From: Cirrosporium novae-zelandiae
Lineage: Eukaryota
Assembly: GCA_026023565.1 (NCBI GenBank)
Contig: JAPETS010000015.1
Coordinates: 1 to 64,000 of the forward strand
Length of the DNA stretch: 64,000 nt
Reading direction: 5' to 3'
Under the pieces are notes generated by a model. The model made no database searches. It saw only the letters and a list, made by a program, of their open reading frames with translations, and was not told where the DNA came from. Each line of letters starts with the position of its first letter. Position 1 is the first letter of the stretch. The translations under genes were made by a program, and so were the position numbers. This document shows positions 14,717 through 29,524 of the stretch, piece by piece.

Positions 14717-16849
14717 AAATAGCGATTTCGAAGGGATATTTATTATAAAGAAAATTGTATATCTAAAGAAATAGAATATAATAAAAAAAAAAAAGGAAAA
14801 ATTAAGAAAATTAATAGAGGAAAAGAATTACTCTCAATTAATGAATTATTTTAAATATAAAAAAGAAATTATAAAAAACGTTTTGATATTATATTATTAG
14901 GGAATATATCGGCAATATACACGTTATAATAAAAAATTATTAAAAATATTTTGTATTAAAAAAAATAAAAAAACGTTTTTTGGATTTTAACGATAGAAAT
15001 ATTATTTACCGAACCGTTATTTAACATAATTGAAATATATAATAAATTATAAAATTATTAAATAATAATTTCATTATTTAAGAATTATATAAGTTTTAAA
15101 AAACAAAAATCTATAAATTATATTATATATATAAACACTATCTCCTTTAAAATAAAAAAAAAGCAGGAATAAAAAAAATCAGAAAAATAAAAAACGAAAA
15201 TTTTATATCGATTTAAAAATATATAGAAATTTTTAAATAAAATATTTGATCCGATAAAATCTAATAAAAATCCTATTTTATTAAACGATAAACCCGAATC
15301 TATAAAATTATTTATATTTATTCTTTATATTATAATAATATATTAACTGGTATCTAGATTAGAATTAACGTTATATTTTAATAAAATAAACGTTAATAAT
15401 TTTTTTAAAAAATAAAATATATTTTATATAAATTATAAAATAAATAAATTAATAATCGATAAATTTAATAAATTAAAATTCTATATCGATACGGCGTATA
15501 AAAAAAACGTTATATCAATTAAAAAATTTTTAGAACGAAATTAAGATTTATTCGTTATTAATTTTAAAGAAGAATTTCAGGACTAAAATATTAAATAAAT
15601 AAAAAATATTAAAAAAAATCTTAACAAATTAATACGAATTTTAAAATAAATTTTTAATATAATAAAATAAAAAAAATATTATAAAAATTATAAAAAAATT
15701 ATCGATAATATAAAAAATAAAAAAAAGTTTTCTAATTTTCAGAAATATTTAATATTTATATAAGGCCTTTTTAGTTGGATAATAATAAAACTAACTGAAA
15801 AAAAAATAAAAAACAAAAATAACCAGAATTTCGACAGAATATATACGGAGATACTAAATACAACTGGGGAAATATACGAATAAAAAAAAATAGAAAAATA
15901 TAAAAAAACAAAAAATTAATAAAAAAAAAAATAAATACTAATAAAATAATCCTTTTTTATTAAAAATAAACCTTAAAAGTCTAATTAATAGAAAACTATA
16001 TTTATTAATAAATCTCGACCGAAATAAATATTATTAAATAACCAGATTAACGATCAATAAATAAATAAATTGATTAAAGAAATAAAAAAAGTATATATTA
16101 TTAATAATATTAAAACAGATATAATTAAAATATTTAATCAAAAATTATAAATATTAAAAAATAAAAAAACCTTTATCAATCCTAATTTAAATACGTCCAC
16201 GTATTAATTTAAAAATAGAATCGTATATTATTTCTATAATAGTAAAAATTATAAATCGACTATTTATTTTATTAAAAACGAATTACTGAACGAAAAATTA
16301 TTTAAATATAATAAATTTCGTATATATATAAATCTTAATAATAACCTAATACAGTTACAGCGGAAATACGGAGAATCTAAAATTATTTTTATATATAATT
16401 ATTTTTAATAATCAAAAACCAAACCAAAAAAAATCTATATATTAAAAATATAAAATAATTTTATCTAAAATCGAAATAAACCCGATACGTAATCGAATAA
16501 CAATAATTTATTTTAAATTAATACGATAATTATTTATAAAAATATTAATATTAACGATAAAAATATATTTCGAATAATAAAAATATTAGCGGCGAAAATA
16601 ATTACGGATAAAAAAAAATATATTTTAGGGGAAAAACAAAAATTAAAAATATATTTGAAAGAATTTTTAAAAAAAATAAATTAAAAAAAAAATAAAAAAA
16701 AAATTAAATATTCAGAATTCGAAAAAATTTATAAATAAAATTAAATAAAAATTAAAAATCAAAAAAAAAAATATATTTATTAACCGAATTATTATATTTT
16801 ATTAGAGATTCGGAGAATTATCTAAAATTAATATTAAATTAAATAAAGA

Positions 16850-19800
16850 ATATTATATCAAAAATATTTTAATTGATATTAGGACGGAAATAAATCTAAT
16901 AAATTATAATTTAATTAAATTCCTCAAAATATTATTCGATAATACAGGATTTTTAAAATTGAGCTCGTAAATAAAATACTAAAATATATTATTAAAATTA
17001 AAAAAATAAAAAAAAATTTAATTATTTTTATTATCGAAATTAATATTACCGATTTTATATTAAAAATATTATTTATCTATTATTTTAAAACGATAATTAA
17101 AATATAGAAAAACGATATTTATTAGATCCAATTAATAGATTTTAATAAAATAGAAATTTCCGTACCGGCTATTAAACCTATAAAATTATAGAATCAAAAA
17201 ATCTATATTAGATCGGATAATTTAAAATCGAAAAACGAAGATTTAAAAAATTAATCGGATCAATAATTAAAAATTATTCCGATACGAATAGAAAGATTTT
17301 AATAATAGAATATTTTATTTAATAGCGAGAAATATTTAGCCGATAATCTTCGAAATTAATATTACGAAAAAAATATAATATATTATAAGTAGTATAATAA
17401 CACAAAAAAAAAATAATAAAAAATTATAAATATCTAGAAAATTAAAAAAATAATAAAATTCTTTTAATAATCCGGGGTTATTAAAATATTCAGATCTTTT
17501 TACGATATATAATAGAAAACCGTTTCGGCTATTAAATATAAAAAATTATTCTAAATCGAATAATAATATTCCCGAAAATATACGATTAAAATTCAGCGAT
17601 ATAAAAACGATTTTATATTCTAAAATAAAAAAAACAAATTTTAAATTAAATAAAAAAATCCCAATAATATTATTAATAAATTATAATATCGATATTTATG
17701 AAATTCCCGAATAAAAAGATTTATTAATACAAACGGTATATAAAAAAAAATAAAAAAAATTAAATCTATCGATTTAAATAAATCGGAAAAAATTATTCCA
17801 AAAAAAAACCTAAAATAAAAAAAAACTAAAATAATTGACGAAATTTCGAAAGAATTTAATAAATCAGAAAAACCCTACGATTATTAATATCTAAAATTTT
17901 AATTATATTAAAAGGATCGCGATTTATTAATAAACGAAAAAATAAATTTAGTATCGGAAATCAATTAATAATTTAAAAATTAAATATTTTCTATAAAATA
18001 CTATACAATAGAGAATAGATTTTAATATAAAATTATAATAAAATTAGAAAATTCGATATTAACGTTATACTATTATAAAAAATTCGGATAATATTATATA
18101 AAATATAACAAATAAAAAATTTTTTTATATCCAAAATTTTATATCAAGAAATAATACGTATAATAAAAAAAATTTGATACAAATTTATTAGAAAAATATT
18201 ACGAACTATATAAAAATCTATAATTTCTAATAAAAAAAAAAGAAAAATAAATACCGATTTATTAATACTATAATTAAAATTAACGAAATCATAATTCGAG
18301 ACGTAAATCTAGCATCTGTAATAAATAAATTTTCAAAAAAATTCGTTGGAATAATTATATCGATTTTAATAAATCTATTTTTTAAATACGAATAATTGAT
18401 TTTAATATTATACTGCAGGAATTTTACGGTATTGCAGATATTTTTCGGATTAATTAAATAGATTATTATACCGTAAAAAATAATTAATAATATAATTTAA
18501 TATAAAAGAAATATAATACAAATATAGAAAGATTGTCCGGAATAAATTAAAATTTTTATCGACGACGTCGCAATTAAAAAATCTAGAATTAAATATAATA
18601 ATTAAAAAATTATATCAGAAATTAAAAAATATATATTAAAATAGATTATTTTAATTAATAAAATATTTACCGATTTAGAGAAAACCGGAAATATAATATC
18701 AGAAATAAAAATATAATAGCTAATACCAGAATTAAATATAATAAAATTTATCACTGACGCAGAAAAACGATACCCGCAAACGGCAAAAATTATGAAAATT
18801 ATAGATTGGCCTTTATATATATTTATTAAAAATATAAGAAATTTTATCGGGCTATATATTTATTATCGAATATTTTTTAAGAATTTTGTTATTATAACGA
18901 AACCTATATATTAAATATTAAAAAAAAATATCGAATTTAAATAAAAACCGGAATAATAAAAAATAATAAATTAATTAAAAAAAATTTTAATAAATCTATT
19001 AATATTAATTAAATTAAATTATATTAAGGGTAAATAAATTATATTATCGATGGATATTAATAATACCGGATAAAAAACAGTGTTAATATAAAAAAACGAA
19101 AATAATAGACGATATCCAGTAAAATATAAAAATAATATATAAAATAATAACGAAATCAAATATAACGTAATAATAAAAAAATATAAAATAATATTTAAAA
19201 TTTTCAAAAAAATACGGTATTAATTATATAATATAAGATTTTTATTAGAAATCGATTCGAAAATTTTAATTATATAATTTAATAAAATAATATCAGATTT
19301 ATTAAATTTATTAATTATTAGATAGATTATATAAATACGATTTTTGGATTTCGATATTATATATATAGAAAATAAAAAAAATACCGTAATAAATATATTA
19401 TTACGAAAACCGATTATTAAAAAAAATAAATAAAAAAAAAACGAAAAATCGATATAAATAATTTTATAAATACAGAATTTATATATTATAAAATCCGAAT
19501 ATTCTTAATATATAATAGACCCGTTTAAATACAATCCAGCGATAAAATATTAAACGATATAACCGAAACAAATATACTGGAAAAAAATGGAAATTATTTA
19601 AATAACGGATATTAAAATATATATATCGAGAATAATATTTATATTTCCGGTTTTCCCGTAATAAAGATTAGAGAAAAATTATAAACGAATAAAACGTAAA
19701 AAATAAAATAATAAAATATTTATACAACGAAAATAATTATAAAAATAAAAAAAAATATTAAACAAAATAATAACTGCTAATATAATTGATTTTATATAAA

Positions 19801-20560
19801 CCGATATATTCTATAAATATAGAACCCCGATAAATCTAATATTCGATAACGGAAAAAAAAATATAGAAATAATAATAGAATTATTAAATAAATATTATTT
19901 TATAATTAAACGACGAAATATATTAATATATTATTTATAATCGAATAAAATAATCGAACGAGATTATTAATTTATAATAGATAGATTAGCTAAATTGGAT
20001 CCTATAAAAAAAATATAGAATTTATCTGGAATATTATAAATAAATAGGACGACGGTGAAAAAATCTATTGAATATATTTTATTTTATATTAAAATTACCG
20101 ACCAAATTCTATTATTTATAAATTTCGATATTTTAATATAATTTATATTATTTTAGAACGAAATAATTAATATAATAAATTTATTAATAATATATATTAA
20201 ATAATAATAACGATAAAAAAAAAATATCGAAAAAACCCGATAATATCTAAAGAAATACCGTATAAAAAATAAAAAGAATTTTGATATTAAATATTTATTA
20301 CGTATATTATTTTTGTAAATAAGAGATTTAGTATTAATATATAAATTATATAAAAAATTTAATAGATCTATAAATATTAAATTCGGGGAAAAATAAATTA
20401 GATTATATAGAATAACAGAAATAAGAGATTCCGGCTATTATAAATTAAAAGATTTAAATAAAATATTAATATATAGAATTTACGAAAGAAATAAAATCAA
20501 AATATTTATTCAGCGGTATAAAAATTACGAATATCAAAATTAATAAAATAAAATTTAATA
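16850..20560 (+). pseudogene. pol relic (PR-RT-RNaseH-IN) of A1
   Basis: Motifs as above, with many RIP-type stops. An internal deletion near 19750 removes the integrase Zn-finger seen in A0. Confidence 0.85.
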
Positions 20561-22905
20561 AAAAAAATATTAGAATAAGAAATATAATAATAAATAAAAC
20601 GACGATTCAAAAATATAATTTGAAAAAAATATATTATTATAATTAGATATATAATTTAATTCGAATTAATAATAAAATATAGATTTATAAATTAAAAAAA
20701 AAATACAGTATTAAATAAATAATTAATAGACAGACGAATTTAATAATTAAAAAGCGATTATTTCTAAAAGAAAAGAGGGGCCTAATCCACGTATTAAAAT
20801 ATATATCCTAGAACGCACCGGGGATACGGAATACAAAAAATTTATTTAGTATAAAAAATTATTAATACGGCTGGGGAATCAGAGATTTTATCAAAGTTTA
20901 TTCTGGAATTTAATACGAAAGATTATTTTTGTAAATTTATTTCAAAATTCATTTTTATATACCGATTCAGAGATATAAATATATTATATATTTTTTCCAA
21001 AATTTTTTTTATTTTTTTAAAACAATAATAATAATTTTTTCTTTTTTAATAAATATTTATTTTTTATAAATATTATTATAATTACTATATTTATAATTAT
21101 TATAATATAATATTACCGAAAAAAATTAATAAATTTTAATCGCAGTTTTAAAGAATATTTCAAAAAATAATCGACAAATTAAAAAAAACTTAATTTGAAA
21201 AATAAAATATATTTTTTTTTAATAATCTAGTAATTAATTAATAATAATTTTTTTTAATAATAATATTAAATAATTTTTATAAAAATATAAATCAATTTAT
21301 TTAATATCTGAAAATATTAGAACCGGTATTAAAATACTAAATATAAATAATAATTGCCGAATGTTTAGAATTAAAAATTATTTATTTAAATAATTAAATA
21401 AAAAAACTATAGAATTATATTAAATTAAATAAAATATAAATTAAAATAAAGAAAATATAACGGATAATTAAAATTGATTTTTCTGAATTACGAGAAATTA
21501 TTTTTTAGGGACGAAATATTCAAAAACGACGCTGAAAAATTATTAATAAGATTAAATCAAAATATAAGAATCTAAAAAAAATTCTTAAATAATAGAACCC
21601 CGAATAAATAATCAGTTTATATCTGAAAATTCTAAGAATTATATTCTACAAAACCGATTTTTTTATTAAATAAATATTTATTATAGCAACCAATTATTTC
21701 GCCGAAAAATTTAAATCGATATAACGAAGAATACGGAAATAAAAATATTTAATTAAAAAAAATATCGATATAATTAACGAAATATAAAAAAATATTTATA
21801 AAAACAAAATTAATAAAAAAATAATAGAAACTAAATTAATAATTTTTAATTTTTAATTATTTTTTAATAAATTTGCCGTTGAAAAAAAAAAACTAGAAAA
21901 ATTATAAAAACGATATTATTTAAAAACGTTTTTTTTTTCGGACGCTATATATACTATATAGACACGAAAAAACTGGATTAGAAATTTTATAAATATCCAA
22001 TTTAAATTTTTAATATAAAAAAAATTATAAAAATTATTTAATAAAAATTCAAACTATACAAATAATTAAATAAAAATTTTTTTTTTGATAATCCGGGATT
22101 ATTAAAACATTCCGGTATATTATAAAACGAAACCGAGATTAATATATTGGACGAAATATTATAAATTATACGAGATTCTAATAAATATTTATATTTCTCG
22201 GATATTAAAAATTAATAAAAAAAGAACGTAATTTCGAAAAAAAAAACTAGAATCCCTAAACTATTTAATTATATTACCGAAATTAAAACGTACGCCAGTT
22301 TTCATTATAAATATTTACAAATATTAATTTTAAAAACTGGTTTTAAAATAAAATAATTAAATAAAAATAATTTAATAAAAAAATTAACGATAATACTCGA
22401 TAATAATATAATATTAAATAAATTCAAAATATTATATTTTAATTAATTCCGAATTAATTCCTATTTTTTTATTAGGATAGATATTTTAGCGTTTTATCGG
22501 TTTTTTATAATATAAATATTTTTATTCCGTTAGAATAACGATTGTTTATTATCGAAATTCTTTATAAATTCGTAAAAAAATTTGAAAATCTAAAAAAAAT
22601 AAAATATTATTAATTTATTTATCGATATATTTATCGATTATAATAAAATGGATTTTATATAATTCTGGAATATTCGAATATCAATATTTTTAGTAATTTC
22701 GAATAAGACGTAGGCCCTAAAATCAATTATCGTAATTAATTATATCGGTAATTTTATAAATATTAAATAGGAAATGTACTATTATTATTTTCAGGAAATA
22801 AACGAGAATTCTAATTACGAATAGCTACGAAATATATTTTATTCTATTACGCAGCAAATTATCAGATAAGATCTCGGATATTATTGGATATATATAATAT
22901 TTAGG

Positions 22906-23157
22906 TGTGAAGGCAGCGCTTAATACAGGCAGTGTGGTAGACTAGTGAGGCAAAGGAATATATAACTAATAGGTACAATGTGCTATTCGTATGCTAGACG
23001 CAAGTAATGATGATAGCTTTCGAAGTGCTCCTTCTGTGGATACAAAAGTCGAACGCTGCCTTGATAATCAAGCAGCGTTCTCCTACATAAAGGTTTGACC
23101 GCGCGCCAAGCCTCGCTTGTGCGCCTACGAGGCGCACATGCTTGGCATGCCGTTACA
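22906..23157 (-). repeat. solo LTR of Gypsy family E (252 bp), perfect 5-bp TSD TTAGG, almost unmutated
   Basis: Ends are TGTGAAGG and GCCGTTACA, flanked by TTAGG on both sides. The reverse complement matches the LTR at 60238-60490. Confidence 0.95.
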
Positions 23158-23810
23158 TTAGGCCTGATTATAAAACGTATTTAATATTATATCCCTACTA
23201 CGCAAAATACTAATATAAAAACGATTCTATAAATTTCAAATATATTAACCTGAATATCAAAGAATTGATGGAGCAAAAACGTAGGAAAAATATAATTTAA
23301 AAATCTATATCGCTCGATATTAAAACTACTGATAATTGTATAATAATATTACTAGATATATATAAATAAATTAATCGCTGGTATAATATTTATAAATCTT
23401 TATTAAATAAACGAATATTGAAAATTATAAATAAATTATTTATTAAGAATAACGAAAAAATTTATAATACTAAATAGATCCTTCAACTATATAAAAAAGA
23501 GCAAATTCGAATATCTATACCGTATCTAGTATATAGAATATTTAGATCTGTTAAAAGTTTACGACGGACAGTATTTTTTTAATTTATAAAAATTAGAATC
23601 GACGGATCTATATTAGAAATTAATAAATACGGAATATAAAAAAATTTTTCTATAATCTATAAAAATATAATAGTACTATACAATTCACCGTTAGATTTAA
23701 AAAATCGATATAGGATTATTCTATATATTTTTTCAGCAGCCACGTTGATACGAGGATTAAGATTTATTTCGGACGTTTTAATAAATTAAAAAAATAGTCT
23801 AATCTAATAA

Positions 23811-26800
23811 TAATGATAATGATTATTCATTGTTTTATATCCATATATCGTTTAGAAGCTATGACGGACTCTACTCGGGGGTTTTTAGGCCTTTTTATAT
23901 ACTTTTTCAGGCTTATTTTTAGCTAAGATAATAGGGGTTACCCCTTAATTCGGCTATATAATTTCTCTTTTTTTTTAGATTTCCTAAAATTATTTAATTT
24001 ATTTAACCGGATAATTTTTTAACGTTATTTCGGTATTCGTAATTTATAAATAAATTTGTTCGTATTTATTTTCGATTTTTTTAATTTTTATTTACGTATA
24101 CGTTTATCCCGCGTATTTATTACGGGCCCCGTTTTTATTTAATATCTACGTCTAGGTTTTTTTTCCCCCCGTATCCGGGTTCTATCCACCCCTAATTTAA
24201 ATATATCTTACGATTTTTTTTTCGTATTTGGCCTAGAACTAAGGTTTTTTTACTTCCGTATTATCTAAAAAACGTATCTAATTTTTAGAAAATTTTCAGT
24301 TTTTTAATACGAATATTAGTTTTTTTCTGTCGGCTATATTCGGCTATTGATCCCCCCGTTTTTCTATTATTTCCCGTAAACGGGCTTTAGCCGTTTTCTA
24401 ACGCGGGTATATTAATATTAAATAAAAGATATTTTAATATAAAATTCCGTATTATTAATATTCCGAGATAGTAATAATTTTCGTACGATATATATATTCC
24501 CCGGTAGCGGCGTGCCCTATTCTTAATTAATAGAATTTATTCACCAGCCCTTTAAACGTATATTTTAATACCCGATTTTTTTTATATTTTAAATATATTT
24601 TATAAAATCTATCGAATAATTATTTTATTTTTTAATTACGTAATTAATTATATATTTTTATAATTTATTTTTCGGTTATATTACGGGCTATATAAATTAA
24701 CGAAATTTATTTAATTATTTTATTATTTTTTTAGCGCTGCGTTTATTTTAATCGTTTAATTTATTATTTCGTTTTTAAATATTTTATAATATTTTAAAAT
24801 TTATTTAATTACGATTTTGGTTTTTTAATTAATTAAATATTTAATATATTTATATATCGTTTATACGATTGTTTAATTTTTTTTTAATTTTTTTTTTTCG
24901 ATCCGTTTAATCGCCGTTTACGAATTAAATAATAATATTATTATTTTTTCGGAAATTATTTAAATATTTAAATCTGCTCTAACCGTTATTTTTAAAATCG
25001 TTTATATTTTTTAAAATTTTATATCGAATATTTCTTTATTTTGACCGAAATAGTATTTCCGTATTATTTATAAAAATTTTTCGATTATTTTTTAAATTAT
25101 TTCCGTCTCTATTTTACGGTCGTTTAATTTAAATTTATTCGATTAATATATATTTTTTTAATTTGATATTCACGCTTCGTTAAAAATTTATTATTCGGGG
25201 AATATTATTTTTTTTTTAATTATTTAAATTTTTTCGATTTTAAAATTTAGATTTATTATTGTTCAAATTATCGTTATAATTAAATATTAATTTAACGTAT
25301 TTTTTTTAATTTTTTAAATTTATTAAAAAATTTTTAGCGATTATTTTTTTAATTAAATATTTACGTTTTTTATTTTTAATATTATAAATAATATTAGATT
25401 CGTTAAATTTTTTTCGATATTTTAGAAATACCGAAACCCGTATTTTTTTTATATAATATCTAATATTATATTTATAAAATATATATAGATTTTTTATATA
25501 ACCGTTATTATAAAGGTTATTTTATAAATTCTAATTATTAATTTTATAAATTTATTTAATAATTTTTAAAATTCTATCTAATACCCGGTTTGCCTTTTCT
25601 ATTAAATCTTACACCCGTATATATAGATTAATATTATAATCGCTACTATTATTTAGCGTATAAACCCCGTAAATAACCCGTTTCAGTAATATATATATTT
25701 AATTATTTTTTCCGCGCGCTTAATTATAGTTAAACGCTAAATATAATAAATTTAGAAATTAAATTTCGGGTCTAATTATACGTTTAATTACTATATATAA
25801 TTTTTTTTATATTTAATTAAATAATTATTAATTCTAATTTTCGGTTTAATATTTATTTAAATTTAATATTTTCGTAATCTAAAAAAAATTATAATCTTAA
25901 TTTTTTAAATATCGAATTTTAATTTTTTTTTTTATTAAACCGCCGTTTTCGCTATTTATTAAATAATTTTCCGGATTTATTTATTATTTATATAAATAAT
26001 CGAGAAGTTTACGTCGTTTACGAATAATAAAATTTTAATTCTAAAAATTATTTATTTTATAACTGCGAATAACCCGCTGCAATATATCAGAAATAATATT
26101 AGGGATATAAACGATTTTTATAATATCCCCGTTTTTATATTAATTTAGAATTATATTTTTCCGTCGATTATTAATTCGACGTTTTATTAAATTATAAAAT
26201 TAATTATTTATTTAATAATATTTTTATCGATTTTTAATTATTTTAAACGTTATATTAATTTAAATTATAATATATAATTAAACGTTTTTTTAATATTTGT
26301 AAATAAAATATAAATTATTTATTTTTAATTAAATTCTTTTTTATCTAATATATTAAATACGTAAACGTATTAATTACGTTTCGATTATATTTCGATCTAA
26401 ATAAATTTTTATATAATTTATTTAGATTTTCGTATATATCCGTTAGCGTATTAATTATAATTTTTTCGATTATTTTATTTAAATAATATAATAGTTTTAT
26501 TATTTTATAATTTTTAATTAATATTTTATCGGTTTTTCCGGGTTTAAATAATAATATTTTTTAAATATATTTTTATTATGTCGGGTAATATTTTAATTAA
26601 AAATAATATCGGATTATTTCCGTTGTTTTATTAGAATTTTATTATTATAATATACGTAATATTCTAAATTAAATATCGTTATATTTTAGAATTTTATTCG
26701 TATTTTATATATATAACGTTTTTCGTATCGTTTTTTCGGATAATTATTAGGCGAATATGTTTTTTATCGAAAATTAGGATTCGGAATTTTCTAGAAATAG

Positions 26801-27585
26801 CGGGAAAATTCGTTCCCGTATAAAAATTGTTTTATTTTTAATTTCTACCGTTATTCTCCCGTTTTTTATACGGAACGCTAATATCGGGTCTTAATTTTAG
26901 AATTTATAATATTTTAATATTTTTTATTTCCGTCAAATATTTTCGGGATTTAAAAATTGGTTTAGATCGTTTTTTTTATATTTATTTAATTTTAATTAAT
27001 TTATTTTTTTTTTTTTAATTTTAATTAATTTTATAAATTTTTTAAATATTATTTTAATTTTTTTATAAATTCGGCGTTTTTATTTCGTTTTTTTCAAAAT
27101 TACGTAATATTCGTATTTTTTAATAGTATATTCGGGACTTTATTAAATTTTCGATTAAACGTATATCCGTTTAGATTTTATATATTTATTTAGAATAATT
27201 TTTAATTAAATAATAATTCTTTATATTTTATTTTTTAATTACGATTTTATATAATTTATAATTAACGTATTTTTCGTAATTAATTAAAATTTTTATTTTT
27301 ATTTCGTTTTAATTTATTATTAAAGATCTTCCAACGGTTTTAAATTCTATAAATTCGGGATTAATTAATTTATTTTTAGGCGTTAATTCTGTTATTTAAA
27401 TTAATTTTTAATTTATTATTTATATTATCGGTTATCACGTTTATTAATTATTTTTAAAACGGTTTTATAACGGGATTAATTATTATTAAATTAATTATTA
27501 AATAACGAACCGATTTTTTTTCGAATCAAATATTTTGAACGGTATCGTTCTATATAATTGAATTTTATTTTTTTATAAATATTAT
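23811..27585 (-). mobile_element. 5'-truncated Tad1-like LINE (family B)
   Basis: The 3' tail (AAT)nGATTATTCATTG is at the left end. Collinear with 29525-33180. Confidence 0.9.
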
Positions 27586-29060
27586 TTAATTATAACGATA
27601 ATTTAAAAAATAATAAATCCGAATTTTAAAATCGAAAAAATTTAAATAATTAAAAAAAATAATAATATTTCCCGAATAACGGGTTTTTAACGAAATATTA
27701 ATATAGAATTAGAAAAACGTATATTAATTAAATAAATTTAAATTAAACGATAGTATAATAAAAACGGGAGTAATTTAGAAAATAATTGAAAAAATTTCGT
27801 AAATAATACGAAAATATTATTTCGATTAAAATAAAAAAATATTCGATATAAAATTTTAAAAAATATAAATAGCGTTAAAAATAATAATTAAAATAAATTT
27901 AAATATTTAAATAATTCCCGAAAAAATAATAATATTATTATTCGATTCGTAAATAACGATTAAATAAATCGAAAAAAAAAATAAAAAAAAATTAAATAAT
28001 CGTATAAATAATATATAAATATATTAAATATTTAATTGATTAAAGAACGAAAATCGTAATTAAATAAATTCTAAAATATTATAAAATATTTAGAAACGAA
28101 AAAATAAATTAAACGCCTGAAATAAACGTAACGCTAAAAAATAATAAAATAATTAAATAAATTTCGTTAATTTATATAATCCGTAATATAATCGAAAAAC
28201 GGATTATAAAAATATATAATTAATTATATAATTAAAAAAATAAAACGATTATTTAATAAATTTTATAAAATATATTTAAAATATAATAAAAATTGGATAT
28301 TAAAATATATATCTAAAAAATTTATAAATAGATTTTATTAATCAAAAATAAAATACACCGTTATTAAAAAATATATATATTATATAAAAATTGTTATTAT
28401 TTTGGAATATTAATAATATAACATTTTATATTAAAATCTTTTTTATTTAATATTAATATATCCGCGGTAGAAAATAACTAGAATCTATTTACGGAAAATA
28501 ATATAAAAACAGGGAAAATAGTAATCTAATATAATTAATTAAAAAAAACTAATTTTCGTATTAAAAAATCGAAGATTTTCGAAAAATTGAATATATTTTT
28601 TAAATAATACCGAAACAAAAACAATTTAATACTAAAATAAATATAAAAAAAAAATTATAAAATTTATTTAGATTAAAAATAAATAGAACCCGGACACGAA
28701 AAAAAGAATTCAGACGAATCGGATATTAGATAAAAAATGGGCTTATAATAAAAAAACGGGGTGAACGTATATATAAAACGTAAAAACTAAAAATCGAAAA
28801 TAAATATAAATAAACCTATTTATAGATTACGAACACCGAAATAACGCTAAAAAATTATTCGGTTAAATAAATCAGGTAATTCTAGGAAATCTAAAAAAAG
28901 GGGGAAGCTATATAACCGAACCAGGGGAATAACCCCCACTATTTTAGCTAAAAATAAGCCCGAAAAAGGATATAAAAAGGCCTGAAACCCTTGAATAAAG
29001 TCCGTCATAGTTTTTAAGCGATATATGCATATAAAACAATAAATAATCATTATTATTATT
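27586..29060 (+). mobile_element. 3' ~1.5-kb fragment of LINE family B (RNase H, 3' UTR, (ATT)n tail)
   Basis: Matches 8480-9893 and ends AATAATCATTATTATTATT. Confidence 0.9.
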
Positions 29061-29524
29061 ATATATAAATCCTGTAAATAATCCGTTTCGGTAATATATA
29101 TATTTAATTATATTTTCCGCGCGTTAAATTTTAATTAAACGTTGGGCGTCATAATTTTAAAAATTAAATTTCGGGTTTAATTATATATTTAGTTACCGTA
29201 CACAATTTCTTTTATATTTAATTAAATAATTATGGATTTTAATTTTCGATTTAATATTTATTTAAATGTAATATTTTCGTAATCTAAAAAAATTATAATT
29301 CTAGTTTTTTAAATATTGAATTTTTATTTATTTTTTTTTATCAAACCGCCGGTTTTATTATTTATTAAATAATTTTCCGGGTTTATTTATTATTTATATA
29401 AATAGTCGAGAAATTTATGTCATTCACGAATAATAGAATTTTAATTCTAGGAATTATTTATTTTCCGGCTGCGAATAATCCGTTATAATATATTAAAAAT
29501 AATATTAGAAATATAAACGATTTT
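29061..29524 (-). mobile_element. LINE family B RT fragment (left half of the host of the full-length LINE)
   Basis: Matches 31355-31820 and continues seamlessly at 35781. Confidence 0.85.

Larger units (their letters stand above)
14349..23810 (+). mobile_element. Ylt1-like Gypsy LTR retrotransposon (family A, copy A1): 5' LTR, gag-pol relic and long 3' region; 3' end cut by a LINE
   Basis: The LTR at 14349-14716 is followed by a PBS-like AAATAGCGATTTCG (mutated TGGCGAC..). Motifs: CCHC ~16225-16270; protease 'IDIRTEINLI' (IDTGAEVNLM) ~16872; RT 'KYRFINTIIKINEIIIRDVNLASVINKFSKKFVG' 18249-18350 and 'FIDDVA' 18555; RNase H DAS..GWG relic ~19040; integrase S-A-Y-H-P-Q-S-N-G-M-I-E-R-G-H relic ~19920-19970. 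Confidence 0.92.
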
